A stretch of DNA of 64,000 bases from Candidatus Woesearchaeota archaeon (GCA_016219865.1 JACRKF010000021.1:2224-66223), one strand, 5' to 3'; shown: positions 1 through 9,309, numbered from the stretch's first letter. A program made the numbers and translations. Notes: generated by a model from the sequence alone, not told the origin.

Positions 1-14
1 CAATATAAAGTTTT

Positions 15-1019
15 TCACACAACTTGCTTTTTCTTCACAACCTTTTTTACTTCTTCAACAATATATTTTGCAGTCAATCCATATTTATCCAGCAACGCAG
101 CAGAAGTTCCAGACTCCCCGAATGTGTCTTCAACTGCAACATATCCAGCAGCAAAATGCAAATTACGCTCAGCAAGCAATTCCAACACAGCCCCTCTTAA
201 TCCACCTGTTTTCTGATGTTCTTCTGCTGTCACAACTGCTTTTGTTTTCTTCACAGAATTAACAATAGTTTCAGCATCAATTGGTTTAATTGTATGATTA
301 TTAATAACATCAACAGAAATACCTTCAGCAGCCAACATTTCTGCTGCTCGCAATGCTTCTGCAACCATTATTCCGCATGCAATCACAGTTGCATCCTTTC
401 CTTCTCGCAGCAAAAGCGCTTTTCCTATTTCAAATGGCGTCTGCTCAGTTGTATACACCAAAGTTTTCTCACGAGAAAATCTCATATACACAGGTCCTTT
501 ATATTTTGCTATAGCAAGCGTTGCTTTTTTTGTTTCTAAAGCATCACTTGGAACAATAACAACAAGATTTGGTAAAACCCTTGTAATAGCAATATCTTCT
601 AATGCTTGATGCGTTGCTCCATCTTCGCCAACAGTTAATCCTGCATGAGAACTGCAAAGTTTAACATTTGCTTTGCTATAACAAATGCTTACACGCAATT
701 GATCCCAATTTCTTCCAGGAGAAAAAACCGAAAAAGAGCTTGCAAACGGAATTTTCCCAGCTAACGCTAATCCAGCAGCAACTCCAGCTAGATTCTGTTC
801 TGCAACACCAACTGCAATATATCTTTCAGGATATTTCTCTGCAAACCAATTCATTCTTACAGATTCTGTCAAGTCAGCGCATAATCCAATAACATTTTTA
901 TTTTTCTCTCCTAATTCCAAAAGACCTTTTCCATAGCCATCTCTTGTTGCAACTTTCTCAGCTTTGTTAAGATCTTCCACTAAAAATAATTTTTTGTTTA
1001 AGTTCATAATTTCACTCAT
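15..1019 (-). CDS. transketolase, C-terminal (pyrimidine-binding) subunit
   Basis: The 334-aa product has the VGEDGATHQ and ALR...PN motifs of the transketolase C-terminal half. The adjacent N-terminal subunit overlaps by 4 bp, the split arrangement typical of archaea. ATG start at 1019. Confidence 0.85.
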   Translation of the reverse strand: MSEIMNLNKKLFLVEDLNKAEKVATRDGYGKGLLELGEKNKNVIGLCADLTESVRMNWFAEKYPERYIAVGVAEQNLAGVAAGLALAGKIPFASSFSVFSPGRNWDQLRVSICYSKANVKLCSSHAGLTVGEDGATHQALEDIAITRVLPNLVVIVPSDALETKKATLAIAKYKGPVYMRFSREKTLVYTTEQTPFEIGKALLLREGKDATVIACGIMVAEALRAAEMLAAEGISVDVINNHTIKPIDAETIVNSVKKTKAVVTAEEHQKTGGLRGAVLELLAERNLHFAAGYVAVEDTFGESGTSAALLDKYGLTAKYIVEEVKKVVKKKQVV

Positions 1020-1918
1020 TGATCGCTTTCATTAATTCTCTCTCTTTCTGCTTGCAATTCTTTTAAAGCTGACTCTGCTTCTTCTTTCTTAGGAGGTCTG
1101 CCATGCCATTCATATTTGTTTTCCATAAAACTTATTCCTTTACCTGGCGCAGTTTTTGCAATAATAATGCTTGGTCTTGTAGTTTTATCTCTGTTTTTAA
1201 GCACATTCTCAAGTGTAATAACAACTTCCTGCATATTATTGCCATTCATCTCATACACATTGCAATTAAATGCCTCTAATTTTTGCCGCAATGGTTCAAG
1301 AGGCATTAAATTTTCAACATAGCCGTCAATTTGAATATTATTTCTATCAATTATCCCTATAAAATTATTCAGCTTTTTATTTCCAGCAAACATCAATGCT
1401 TCCCATAATTGTCCTTCTTGATGTTCTCCATCACTCATCAAACAGAAAATAGTAAAATCTTTCTTATCCATTTTTGCAGCATAAGCATAACCTGCTGCAA
1501 TTGAAACACCCTGCGCTAATGGTCCAGATGAATTTTCTAATCCAGGCAAATCTAATTTATTTGGATGTCCCTGCAGACGAGAATTCAATTTACGCAATGT
1601 TAACAATTCCTTTTCTGGAAAATATCCTGCATTTGCCATGCACGCATATTGCGCAGGACAGATATGGCCATTAGACAGAATTAATCTATCTCTTTCTTCA
1701 AACTGAGGATTAGCTGGATCATGATTAAGAATCTTAAAATAAAGTGCTGTAAAAATATCTGCCATTCCTAATGAACCAGCAGTATGGCCAGAATTTGCAG
1801 TAAAAAGCATTTTGATAATGTCTTGCCTAATTTTGTTAGCAATTAACTTTAATTCTTTTGCAGTAATCTCTTTATTTTTTTTAATAAACATTTTTTTCGA
1901 TGCTTCTATTCTTTGCAT
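1016..1918 (-). CDS. transketolase, N-terminal (TPP-binding) subunit
   Basis: Carries the GHTAGSLG, SNGH and SDGE..EG TPP-binding motifs. The ORF-track start at 1939 is TTG; the first ATG, at 1918, is used here. Confidence 0.85.
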   Translation of the reverse strand: MQRIEASKKMFIKKNKEITAKELKLIANKIRQDIIKMLFTANSGHTAGSLGMADIFTALYFKILNHDPANPQFEERDRLILSNGHICPAQYACMANAGYFPEKELLTLRKLNSRLQGHPNKLDLPGLENSSGPLAQGVSIAAGYAYAAKMDKKDFTIFCLMSDGEHQEGQLWEALMFAGNKKLNNFIGIIDRNNIQIDGYVENLMPLEPLRQKLEAFNCNVYEMNGNNMQEVVITLENVLKNRDKTTRPSIIIAKTAPGKGISFMENKYEWHGRPPKKEEAESALKELQAERERINESDQ

Positions 1919-1988
1919 AACAAAGCTATTAATTGACAAATATTTAAATGTATTTGAAAATTATTAGACTCAAATTAAATTGATTGCT

Positions 1989-2022
1989 AAAATCGCGCAG
2001 CATTGCAATGCTGCGTGATTTT
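1989..2022. promoter_or_regulatory. 34-bp GC-rich near-perfect palindrome in a divergent intergenic region
   Basis: The sequence aaaatcgcgcagcattgc|gcaatgctgcgtgatttt has 17-bp arms with one mismatch. It sits between the transketolase start and the Zn-ribbon/EF-1beta starts. Confidence 0.4.
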
Positions 2023-2071
2023 AAAAGTAAAACTTTTTAAATAGGTCATAAAACCAATGGTATATAGTTAA

Positions 2072-2263
2072 TTGAATTATGGAGGAATTATAATGGCAAA
2101 ACTTACATGTGTTTCAACAGGATCAGAAGTTACTAATCAAATAGGTTCAGTTACTTTCTCTTGCCCAAGCTGTGGAAAAATTAAAATAACAAGATCGCAG
2201 TATGCTAGGGAGATTGCAGCGCAATATAAATGCAGCGGCTGTGGATTTACTGGACCAAATTGA
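2072..2263 (+). CDS. small Zn-ribbon protein (two CxxC pairs)
   Basis: The 63-aa product contains CPSCG and CSGCG. A GGAGG motif lies upstream. It sits immediately upstream of aEF-1beta, as in many archaea. Confidence 0.6.
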   Translation: MNYGGIIMAKLTCVSTGSEVTNQIGSVTFSCPSCGKIKITRSQYAREIAAQYKCSGCGFTGPN

Positions 2264-2318
2264 ATTATAATAAAAATAATTAATTATGATAAGAATAATT
2301 AACAAGTGAGGAATAAAC

Positions 2319-2594
2319 ATGGCAGATGTTATCGTAACTTTTAAAGTGATGCCTGAATCACCTGAAGAAGATTTAAAACATATTGAACAGGAAGCAAAGA
2401 AATTGATTGAGAAACATGACGCAATTCTAGGAAAAGTTGAGATTAAACCAATTGCTTTTGGATTAAATTCATTAAATCTTATAATGGTAATGGATGAAAA
2501 CAAAGGTTCAACAGAAGAACTGGAAAAGAAAATATCAGCAATTAAAGGAGTAATCTCTGTTGATGTTATTGACGTGCGAAGAGCAGTTGGATAA
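2319..2594 (+). CDS. ef1b: translation elongation factor aEF-1 beta
   Basis: The 91-aa product begins MADV..FKVMPESPEEDL and ends with ...SVDVIDVRRA, which are hallmarks of aEF-1beta. ATG start preceded by GTGAGG. Confidence 0.9.
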   Translation: MADVIVTFKVMPESPEEDLKHIEQEAKKLIEKHDAILGKVEIKPIAFGLNSLNLIMVMDENKGSTEELEKKISAIKGVISVDVIDVRRAVG

Positions 2595-2638
2595 ATCCTA
2601 ACAAAGATTATTTGTTATTTGTCAAGAATTATTATTAT

Positions 2639-3850
2639 TTATTTTTCTGAGGTATTAAATTCTGATATTATTTTTGTTATTACATCAATAGGAGCAGTTG
2701 TTTTTATAGCATATTCATTAAAATGTGTTCTTACAGCTTTAAATCCATTCTGTTTGCAGTTCTTAACAATTAGATCAAATTTTGGAATTTGTTTGAGATT
2801 ATTCTTTTTTACAAGAGCATGGATATCATAAAATCCAACTATATTAATTGTAGATTCTTCTTTAATAAGCTGTAAAAGCTTAAGTAATTCTGTTTCTTCC
2901 TTATACAATTTATTTCTCATAACATTATCTAAAATTGCTTTTACTGTTTCTTGTTTATTAATTTCCCCAACCCAACATGGACCTGCATACTGCATTTGTT
3001 GATTGCAATCATCATTTTTAGAATCATCATTTCTAGAATCTGTTTTAGAATCAACTTTACAATCAATATTATTAAAATGATTTATATCTATTTTCATGCA
3101 TTTATTGCAACAAAGAACATATTTGTGCTGTTTATTGATTGCATCTGCCTTTTCTTTTCCTTTCTCGCAGACAAAGAATATTCGCATATAATGCTGTGCG
3201 CTATAACTCAGTATTGGTGTTAATGCTTTTTCATATTGACTTGCAATCAATTGCGCTTTTCTGATCAATATTCTTATTCCTATTTCATGCATCAATTCAT
3301 TCCGCATTGGTTTTGCCCAATACTTTCTTTTGCAAGCGTTTTCAAATGTTCCAGCTAATGCGCTAGTATCAGTTGCAGTTACAGCTAATATTCCATCTCT
3401 TGCAAGCCGTTTTATTGACGAATCAATAAATGGATTTGGAGAACCAAAAGGATCAATATCAATATAATCAAATCCTTTCCCGTCTAATAATGCTTTATTT
3501 GCATCATTGCATGAAACGGTAATTTTATCTTTTGAAGCATTAAAATCTAAATGATTAAGTTTTAAATTCTCCTTAATTAATTCAACAGCATTCTCACTGC
3601 AATCATTTACTAAGATATTTTTGATTTTTCTCGCAGGAAGCTCTTTAATCAACCTGATGCTTCTAATTCCTGACGCTGCAAGAATATCTGCAACTTGGAG
3701 ATGATTTCTCTTCTGCGCTCTCAATAATTCAATAGTTATATCTCTATTCATCTTCATGACAGGATTATAAAACACTGGAAGCTCTTTTGAAACTTTCTGC
3801 TCAGAATAAATCTTGCAAAAAACTTTTCCTTCTTTGATTTTTTTCTCCAT
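2639..3850 (-). CDS. trm1: tRNA (guanine26-N2)-dimethyltransferase Trm1
   Basis: Motifs VFYNPVM, LDAF/AASGIRSIR and DIDPFGSP are present. There is a Cys-rich insertion (CCNKC...C). The ORF-track start at 3907 is TTG; the ATG at 3850 (MEKKIKEG...) fits Trm1 N-termini. Confidence 0.85.
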   Translation of the reverse strand: MEKKIKEGKVFCKIYSEQKVSKELPVFYNPVMKMNRDITIELLRAQKRNHLQVADILAASGIRSIRLIKELPARKIKNILVNDCSENAVELIKENLKLNHLDFNASKDKITVSCNDANKALLDGKGFDYIDIDPFGSPNPFIDSSIKRLARDGILAVTATDTSALAGTFENACKRKYWAKPMRNELMHEIGIRILIRKAQLIASQYEKALTPILSYSAQHYMRIFFVCEKGKEKADAINKQHKYVLCCNKCMKIDINHFNNIDCKVDSKTDSRNDDSKNDDCNQQMQYAGPCWVGEINKQETVKAILDNVMRNKLYKEETELLKLLQLIKEESTINIVGFYDIHALVKKNNLKQIPKFDLIVKNCKQNGFKAVRTHFNEYAIKTTAPIDVITKIISEFNTSEK

Positions 3851-3897
3851 AAAACAAAAAAAGATCTCATTGCTAATAAATTTTCTTATTTTTTGAT

Positions 3898-3943
3898 GAA
3901 ATTGCAAAATAGAATTGTGTTCACAATTTTATTTTGCAATTTC
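3898..3943. promoter_or_regulatory. 46-bp near-perfect palindrome about 50 bp upstream of trm1
   Basis: The arms are gaaattgcaaaatagaattgtg and cacaattttattttgcaatttc, with a single mismatch. It is a likely operator-type site in the divergent promoter region. Confidence 0.4.
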
Positions 3944-4182
3944 ATATTGGAAACATTTATATATAAGCTTCACCATAAAAATATTTAGAAAAAATTCTAT
4001 TATGTTTTTTCTAAATAAAGAGGTGAATTAAATGGCAGCAAAGAAAAAAAAATCAGGCGCTAAAAAGAAAAAGAAAAGATAATTTTTCTTTTTTTTCTTT
4101 TTTTATCATATATCGCAATTTTAGATCAAAACAACAGATAGTTCTTAGTAAAATTTTTATATAACACTTTTTTCCACTTACT

Positions 4183-5103
4183 ATGCTTGAAAATACCTCA
4201 GAATATCCAATATTTAAGTCAGTAAATGAATTATTAGACAATTCTGCTGAAAATATGGCAGATAGAATCATCTCTGCCGGCATTAAACAGAAAATAGAAA
4301 ACATATTTGCTTTGCTTAAAGGATTGCAGCACAAAACAAAAGTATATGTCGCTTTTTCAGGAGGAGTTGATAGTTCATTGATTCTCAAGCTTGCGCATGA
4401 TGTTTTAAATGAGAAAGTTATTGCAGTTACAGGAATTTCTTCTTCAGTTGCGAAAAATGAGATTGAGATTGCAGCAAGTATATCAAAGACTATTGGAACA
4501 CAGCACATTTTCCTCAATACAAATGAGATGAATGATGAAAATTATTTAAAAAATCCAACAGATCGTTGTTATTATTGTAAATCAGAGCTTTACAAACAAT
4601 TATCTTTATACATAAACAAGGAGAAAGTCACTGATTTTATAATTCTTGACGGCGCAAATTTTGATGACTTGCAGGATTTTCGCCCAGGAACAAAAGCTGC
4701 AAAAGAATTTCAGGTTAGAAGCTTGCTTCAAGAAGCAGAAATGACAAAAGAAGAGATTCGTTTAGTCTCCCATTTATTGCATATTCAAGTATGGGATAAA
4801 CCATCTACGCCATGTTTATCTTCTCGTGTTGCATTTGGTGAAAGAATAACTTCAGAAAAACTTAGTAATATTGAAAAAGCAGAGAATCTAATCCATTCTC
4901 TTGGAATAAAACAAGTTCGTGTAAGATATCATGCAAATTCAATTGCAAGAATTGAAATAGATCCTCTTGATTTCCGAAAAATATTTGAACATTATGAATC
5001 TGTATCAAAAGCGCTAAAACAACTTGGGTTCCAATGCATTACAGTTGATTTAGAAGGATATAAAAGGGGAAACTTGCATTTATTAAATAATAATAATAAA
5101 TAG
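4183..5103 (+). CDS. larE: PP-loop ATP pyrophosphatase, LarE-like sulfur-insertion protein
   Basis: The PP-loop VAFSGGVDSSL is present, along with a conserved Cys motif DRCYYCK. It lies upstream of larB and larC. Confidence 0.65.
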   Translation: MLENTSEYPIFKSVNELLDNSAENMADRIISAGIKQKIENIFALLKGLQHKTKVYVAFSGGVDSSLILKLAHDVLNEKVIAVTGISSSVAKNEIEIAASISKTIGTQHIFLNTNEMNDENYLKNPTDRCYYCKSELYKQLSLYINKEKVTDFIILDGANFDDLQDFRPGTKAAKEFQVRSLLQEAEMTKEEIRLVSHLLHIQVWDKPSTPCLSSRVAFGERITSEKLSNIEKAENLIHSLGIKQVRVRYHANSIARIEIDPLDFRKIFEHYESVSKALKQLGFQCITVDLEGYKRGNLHLLNNNNK

Positions 5104-5202
5104 ATAAAAAACCTAATTACAGATTCCCTATGTCAGAATTGCCAATATCAGAAGATCTTACAAAAAGATTTATTTTTGTAAGATTTTCTAAGAAGTGATA
5201 AA

Positions 5203-5988
5203 ATGAACATTCAACAACTATTAAAAGATTATAAAAAAGGAAAACTGTCTCATAACAAGTTACTATTTCACCTCAAAGAGTATCCTTTTGAAGATTTAGG
5301 ACACACCAAGATAGATCATCACAGAGAGTTGCGCGCAGGCTTTCCTGAAGTAATCTTTGGAAAAGGAAAAACATCAGAACATTTATTCTCAATAATTGAA
5401 AGATTATATCTTAAAAGAGCAGTGATTATCATAACAAAAATCGAGCAAGATATAGCGCAGCAGATTCAGAGAAAATATGATTCTGTTGAATATCACAAAC
5501 TAGCAAAAACGCTTGTTATCTATAATGAATTAAATTTTTCAATAAAATTGAAAAATTTAAAAAAGAAAAAAACACTTAAGACAGGGATTTTAATAATTAC
5601 AGCTGGCACATCGGATATTCCAATTGCTGAAGAAGCTGCAGTTATCTGTGAACAAATGGATAATAAAGTAGAGAAATTATATGATATAGGTGTGGCAGGA
5701 TTGCATCGTTTGCTAGCAAATAAGCAAAAGATATTTGATGCAAAAGTAATTATTGTAATCGCAGGCATGGAAGGAGCATTAGCAAGCGTTATTGCTGGAT
5801 TAGCTAATTGCCCTGTTATAGCTGTGCCAACAAGCATTGGCTACGGCGCAAATTTTAAAGGATTAGCAGCATTATTATCAATGCTCAACTGCTGCTCACC
5901 TGGCGTTACTGTTGTCAACATTGATAATGGCTTTGGCGCAGGCTATGCAGCAAGTAAAATATTGAATGTTAATAAGAGAAAAATTTAA
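5203..5988 (+). CDS. larB: nickel-pincer cofactor biosynthesis protein LarB (PurE-like carboxylase/hydrolase)
   Basis: There is a PurE-like C-terminal domain (ITAGTSDIP...VIAGMEGALASV). The lar gene neighbourhood supports the call. Confidence 0.7.
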   Translation: MNIQQLLKDYKKGKLSHNKLLFHLKEYPFEDLGHTKIDHHRELRAGFPEVIFGKGKTSEHLFSIIERLYLKRAVIIITKIEQDIAQQIQRKYDSVEYHKLAKTLVIYNELNFSIKLKNLKKKKTLKTGILIITAGTSDIPIAEEAAVICEQMDNKVEKLYDIGVAGLHRLLANKQKIFDAKVIIVIAGMEGALASVIAGLANCPVIAVPTSIGYGANFKGLAALLSMLNCCSPGVTVVNIDNGFGAGYAASKILNVNKRKI

Positions 5989-6016
5989 ATAGTCTTATTA
6001 TATAATAGTATATAAT

Positions 6017-6283
6017 ATGAACAAACCAATTATTTTACATAGCCCAACATTAGAATCTGTTTTTATGGTAGAAGAAACAATACAAAAATATAGCCAAGAA
6101 TGTGGCAAGTATCAATTATGGAAAAAATTACCAAAAAAAATGATGTATCAGACATTCCAGATAATTTTAGATTATCTTGAACAATCAGGAAAAATAATCA
6201 TAGATAAAGATGGTTGTATAATTTGGACTTTTAATCCAGAAAGAATCAAGAAAATCTTAAAAGAGGATTTGATTATACGATGA
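6017..6283 (+). CDS. putative antitoxin (small protein overlapping a downstream RelE/ParE-like gene)
   Basis: The 88-aa ORF overlaps the next ORF in the 4-bp ATGA arrangement. No recognisable motif. Confidence 0.35.
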   Translation: MNKPIILHSPTLESVFMVEETIQKYSQECGKYQLWKKLPKKMMYQTFQIILDYLEQSGKIIIDKDGCIIWTFNPERIKKILKEDLIIR

Positions 6284-6615
6284 ATAAAGAGATTTCTGTT
6301 GCATTTATTACCCCTAACATAAAAAAAGAATGGGAAGCTCTTAAAGAAGGAAAATTTGAAGATAAGGAACTTTACAAATTTATTGATAGGGCGATTGATG
6401 ATCTAAAGGTAAATCCAACATGTGGTATAAAAATCGCCAAGAACTTATGGCCAAAAGAATATATCCAGAAATATGAAGTAAGTAACCTCTGGAAATATAA
6501 TCTTCCTAATGCATGGAGATTAATTTACACTATAGAAAGTGATGAAGTAAGAATTGTAAATGTAATTCTCGAATGGTTTAACCATAAAGAATACGAAAAA
6601 CGTTTTAAATATTAG
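6280..6615 (+). CDS. RelE/ParE-family type II toxin-like protein
   Basis: The C-terminal WRLIYTIESDEVRIVNVILEWFNHKEYE matches the RelE/ParE pattern (R.iY....v.il.i.H.k.Y). Confidence 0.5.
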   Translation: MNKEISVAFITPNIKKEWEALKEGKFEDKELYKFIDRAIDDLKVNPTCGIKIAKNLWPKEYIQKYEVSNLWKYNLPNAWRLIYTIESDEVRIVNVILEWFNHKEYEKRFKY

Positions 6616-6650
6616 TTTAAATATAATTTTTACGAACAAAGTGAGTAAAA

Positions 6651-7427
6651 ATGACTAAAAATAAATTATACATTGATTGCCCATCTGGAATTGCAGGTGA
6701 TATGTTTATTGCCGCTTGCATTGATTTAGGTGTTAGTATAAACTATCTTCAAACAGAACTGAAAAAACTAAAGATTGACAAATTCTCAATAGCTGCAAAA
6801 ACTGTTGATAAAAAAGGGATTACTGCAAAACATCTTGAAGTAACTATTGAAAAAAATAATCATGAAAACCATCACCATGATGAAAATCATCATCATGAAC
6901 GCCATCTCTCTGATATCAACAAACTTATTGATGAAAGCTCATTATCTACTGGTGTAAAGATGCTTTGCCAAAAGATATTTCACAAACTTGCTTCAGCAGA
7001 AGCATTTGTGCATAACACAACAATTGATAAAGTTCATTTTCATGAAATTGGCGCAATGGATTCAATTATTGATATCATCGGCGCAGCTATTTGTTTGCAA
7101 CAGCTTGGAATAGATGAAGTGCATTGCTCAGAGATACCAATACCTGCTGGCAAGATTATTTGCGATCATGGTGAAATCTCAAATCCAGCTCCTGCAACTC
7201 TCAAACTATTGGAAGGTTTTGAAACATACAAGGTAGATATAAAAAAAGAAATAATAACACCAACATGAGCAGCATTGCTGAAAACACTGGTAAAAGAACA
7301 AAAAGATTTTGAAATGTTTGAAAAAGAGATGAAAGTTAAAAACATCAAGATAATTAAAAAAGGATATGGCGCTGGCGCAATGGATTTAAAAAAACCAAAT
7401 GTACTACGATTGTTATTACTGAGATAA
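6651..7427 (+). pseudogene. larC: LarC (nickel insertase) N-terminal domain interrupted by an in-frame TGA at 7266-7268; the frame stays open for 52 more codons
   Basis: LYIDCPSGIAGDM, a His-rich stretch (HENHHHDENHHHERH) and HFHEIGAMDSIIDI are classic LarC features. The TGA falls on the conserved Gly of TPT-G-AALLKTLV. After the TGA the sequence still reads AALLKTLV...GYGAGAMDL in frame. Confidence 0.7.
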
Positions 7428-7466
7428 GATTACGCCTATAGCGTAATCTTATCTCAGTAATAACAA
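7410..7466. other. 26-bp perfect inverted repeat with a 5-nt loop (strong stem-loop)
   Basis: tgttattactgagataagattacgc-ctata-gcgtaatcttatctcagtaataaca. It overlaps the end of the larC read-through frame and lies upstream of the GalT-like gene. Confidence 0.5.
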
Positions 7467-7499
7467 ACTATTTTAAACCACAATGCCTTAATTCAGAAA

Positions 7500-8441
7500 A
7501 TGGGAGAGCTTCGCAAGGATTATGTGCTAGAAAAATTTGTAATTATTTCAGATACTCGTAAGGATAGACCGCATGACTTTCATAAGCAACAAAACACACA
7601 AGCAGCTCCAACAAATAAAATCTGCAGTTTCTGTCCAGGAAATGAACTTCTGACAACCAAAGAGATCATGCATATTGAAAAAGATAACAAATGGATTATG
7701 CGAGTTATTCCAAACAAATTCCCAGCATTAGAATTAAAAGGGAAATCGCAGATTACGACAGATAATCAATATTATACATATTCTGATAATTATGGGCAAC
7801 ATGAGATTATTATCGAAACAAACAAGCATGGAGAACAGATATATGATTACAGCAGAGAACACTTCATTAAACTGCTGCATTTGTATAAAGCAAGAATTCT
7901 TGTATTAAACAATAATGAAAAAATTGAATATGTGCAAGTGATAAAAAATCACGGCAAAGATGCAGGCGCAAGCATTGAACATTCTCATTCACAAATATTT
8001 GCTTATAATATGATTCCCATAACTATTCAACAAAAAGAAAAAGCGTGCAAAGATAACTGCGCTTATTGTGAGATTATTTTGCGAGAGAAAGATTCCTACA
8101 GACGATGTTTTGAAAACAATTCGTTTGTTGCCTTTACACCTTATGCATCAAGATTTGCCTATGAAATCATCATATTTTCAAAACAACATAAGCTTTCGTT
8201 AATTGACTTTAGTGATGCAGAAATTAAAGAATTAGCTGAGATCATGCAAAAAATTCTGGCAAAACTCAAAGAGCTTGGGCAAGACTTTAATTTCTATTTC
8301 CAGAATGGAATTAAAAATATGCATTTCCATGTTGAATTTACTCCACGAATAAACATCTTTGCTGGCTTTGAGTTTGCAACAGAAACAGTGATCAATACAA
8401 TCTATCCAGAAGATGCAGCGAAATGGTATCGAGGAGAATAA
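7500..8441 (+). CDS. galactose-1-phosphate uridylyltransferase-like nucleotidyltransferase (GalT/HIT superfamily)
   Basis: A CSFCPGNE Zn motif and an HSHSQIF (H-x-H-x-Q) active-site-like motif are present. 313 aa. Confidence 0.7.
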   Translation: MGELRKDYVLEKFVIISDTRKDRPHDFHKQQNTQAAPTNKICSFCPGNELLTTKEIMHIEKDNKWIMRVIPNKFPALELKGKSQITTDNQYYTYSDNYGQHEIIIETNKHGEQIYDYSREHFIKLLHLYKARILVLNNNEKIEYVQVIKNHGKDAGASIEHSHSQIFAYNMIPITIQQKEKACKDNCAYCEIILREKDSYRRCFENNSFVAFTPYASRFAYEIIIFSKQHKLSLIDFSDAEIKELAEIMQKILAKLKELGQDFNFYFQNGIKNMHFHVEFTPRINIFAGFEFATETVINTIYPEDAAKWYRGE

Positions 8442-8490
8442 CTTTTTATTGCGTTACAGTTATCATTTTTGATGATTATGTGCTAATATA

Positions 8491-9309
8491 ATGAATTTTA
8501 AAGCCATAAAATTCGACAAAGATATCATTATTGATAATTATATAAAAACAAAAAGTTTAAATATCAACTATTTATATTATAGACTTATGCAAGCAATAAC
8601 ATTCCTCAAAAACGTAGAACATCTTCACAAACCTGTTTTTTCATTGCAAGATGCAGCAAAAATGATTGAGAAAAAAAAAGGATATGCACGTCTTTATCTT
8701 TATCGTTTGAAAAGAAAAGAATATATCAAAGAAATTGAAAAAGGGAAGTATAGTATTTCAGATGACATCTATGAAATTGCCTCAAATGTTGTATTTCCTT
8801 CATATATCTCATTCTTGAGCGCATTTTCTCTATATGGTTTAACAACACAAATACCAAAGAGGATACAAATTATTGCAGCAAAACCAAAAAAAGAATTAAT
8901 AGTTGATGATTCAACTATTGAATTTATTACATTTAAGAATAAGAATATTTTTGGATATGAAAGAACAAAGATTGGAGTTCATTATGGCATGATTGCAGAA
9001 AAAGAAAAAGCAATAATTGATGCATTATACTTACCGCAACATTGCCCAATCAGTGAAACATTTGAAGTGCTTAAGAATAAAGAATTTGACATCGACAAAT
9101 TAGTTGATTATGCTCTGCAGATGGATTCAATAATATTATTAAAAAGACTTGGTTATCTTTTAGAATTAGTAGAATTTAACATTTTTGAAAAAGTAAAACA
9201 TAAGTTAAATCAACGTTATGATCTTTTGAATCCATTTCTCCCTGCTTCAAATAAAGAATGTATAAAATCTATGAAATGGAAACTAATTATAAATGAGGTG
9301 CTTGAATGA
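8491..9309 (+). CDS. AbiEi-like antitoxin / transcriptional regulator (type IV TA)
   Basis: wHTH-like N-terminus. 4-bp overlap with the AbiEii gene. Confidence 0.5.
   Translation: MNFKAIKFDKDIIIDNYIKTKSLNINYLYYRLMQAITFLKNVEHLHKPVFSLQDAAKMIEKKKGYARLYLYRLKRKEYIKEIEKGKYSISDDIYEIASNVVFPSYISFLSAFSLYGLTTQIPKRIQIIAAKPKKELIVDDSTIEFITFKNKNIFGYERTKIGVHYGMIAEKEKAIIDALYLPQHCPISETFEVLKNKEFDIDKLVDYALQMDSIILLKRLGYLLELVEFNIFEKVKHKLNQRYDLLNPFLPASNKECIKSMKWKLIINEVLE

Noticed and set aside
216-892. Plus-strand ORFs 216..539 and 668..892, and similar ORFs opposite long genes (2147..2503, 5520..5837, 19148..19612, 36156..36368, 39465..40679, 56577..57086)
   Set aside because: They are antisense to well-supported conserved genes and have Cys/Phe-rich low-complexity translations typical of AT-rich antisense frames.
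7266-7268. Genome-wide UGA-to-Gly recoding (code 25-like) as the explanation for the LarC TGA
   Set aside because: Other conserved genes in the window appear to terminate at TGA at the expected C-terminus, for example the Zn-ribbon gene at 2261-2263. A single nonsense mutation is more parsimonious. This cannot be settled without the whole genome.
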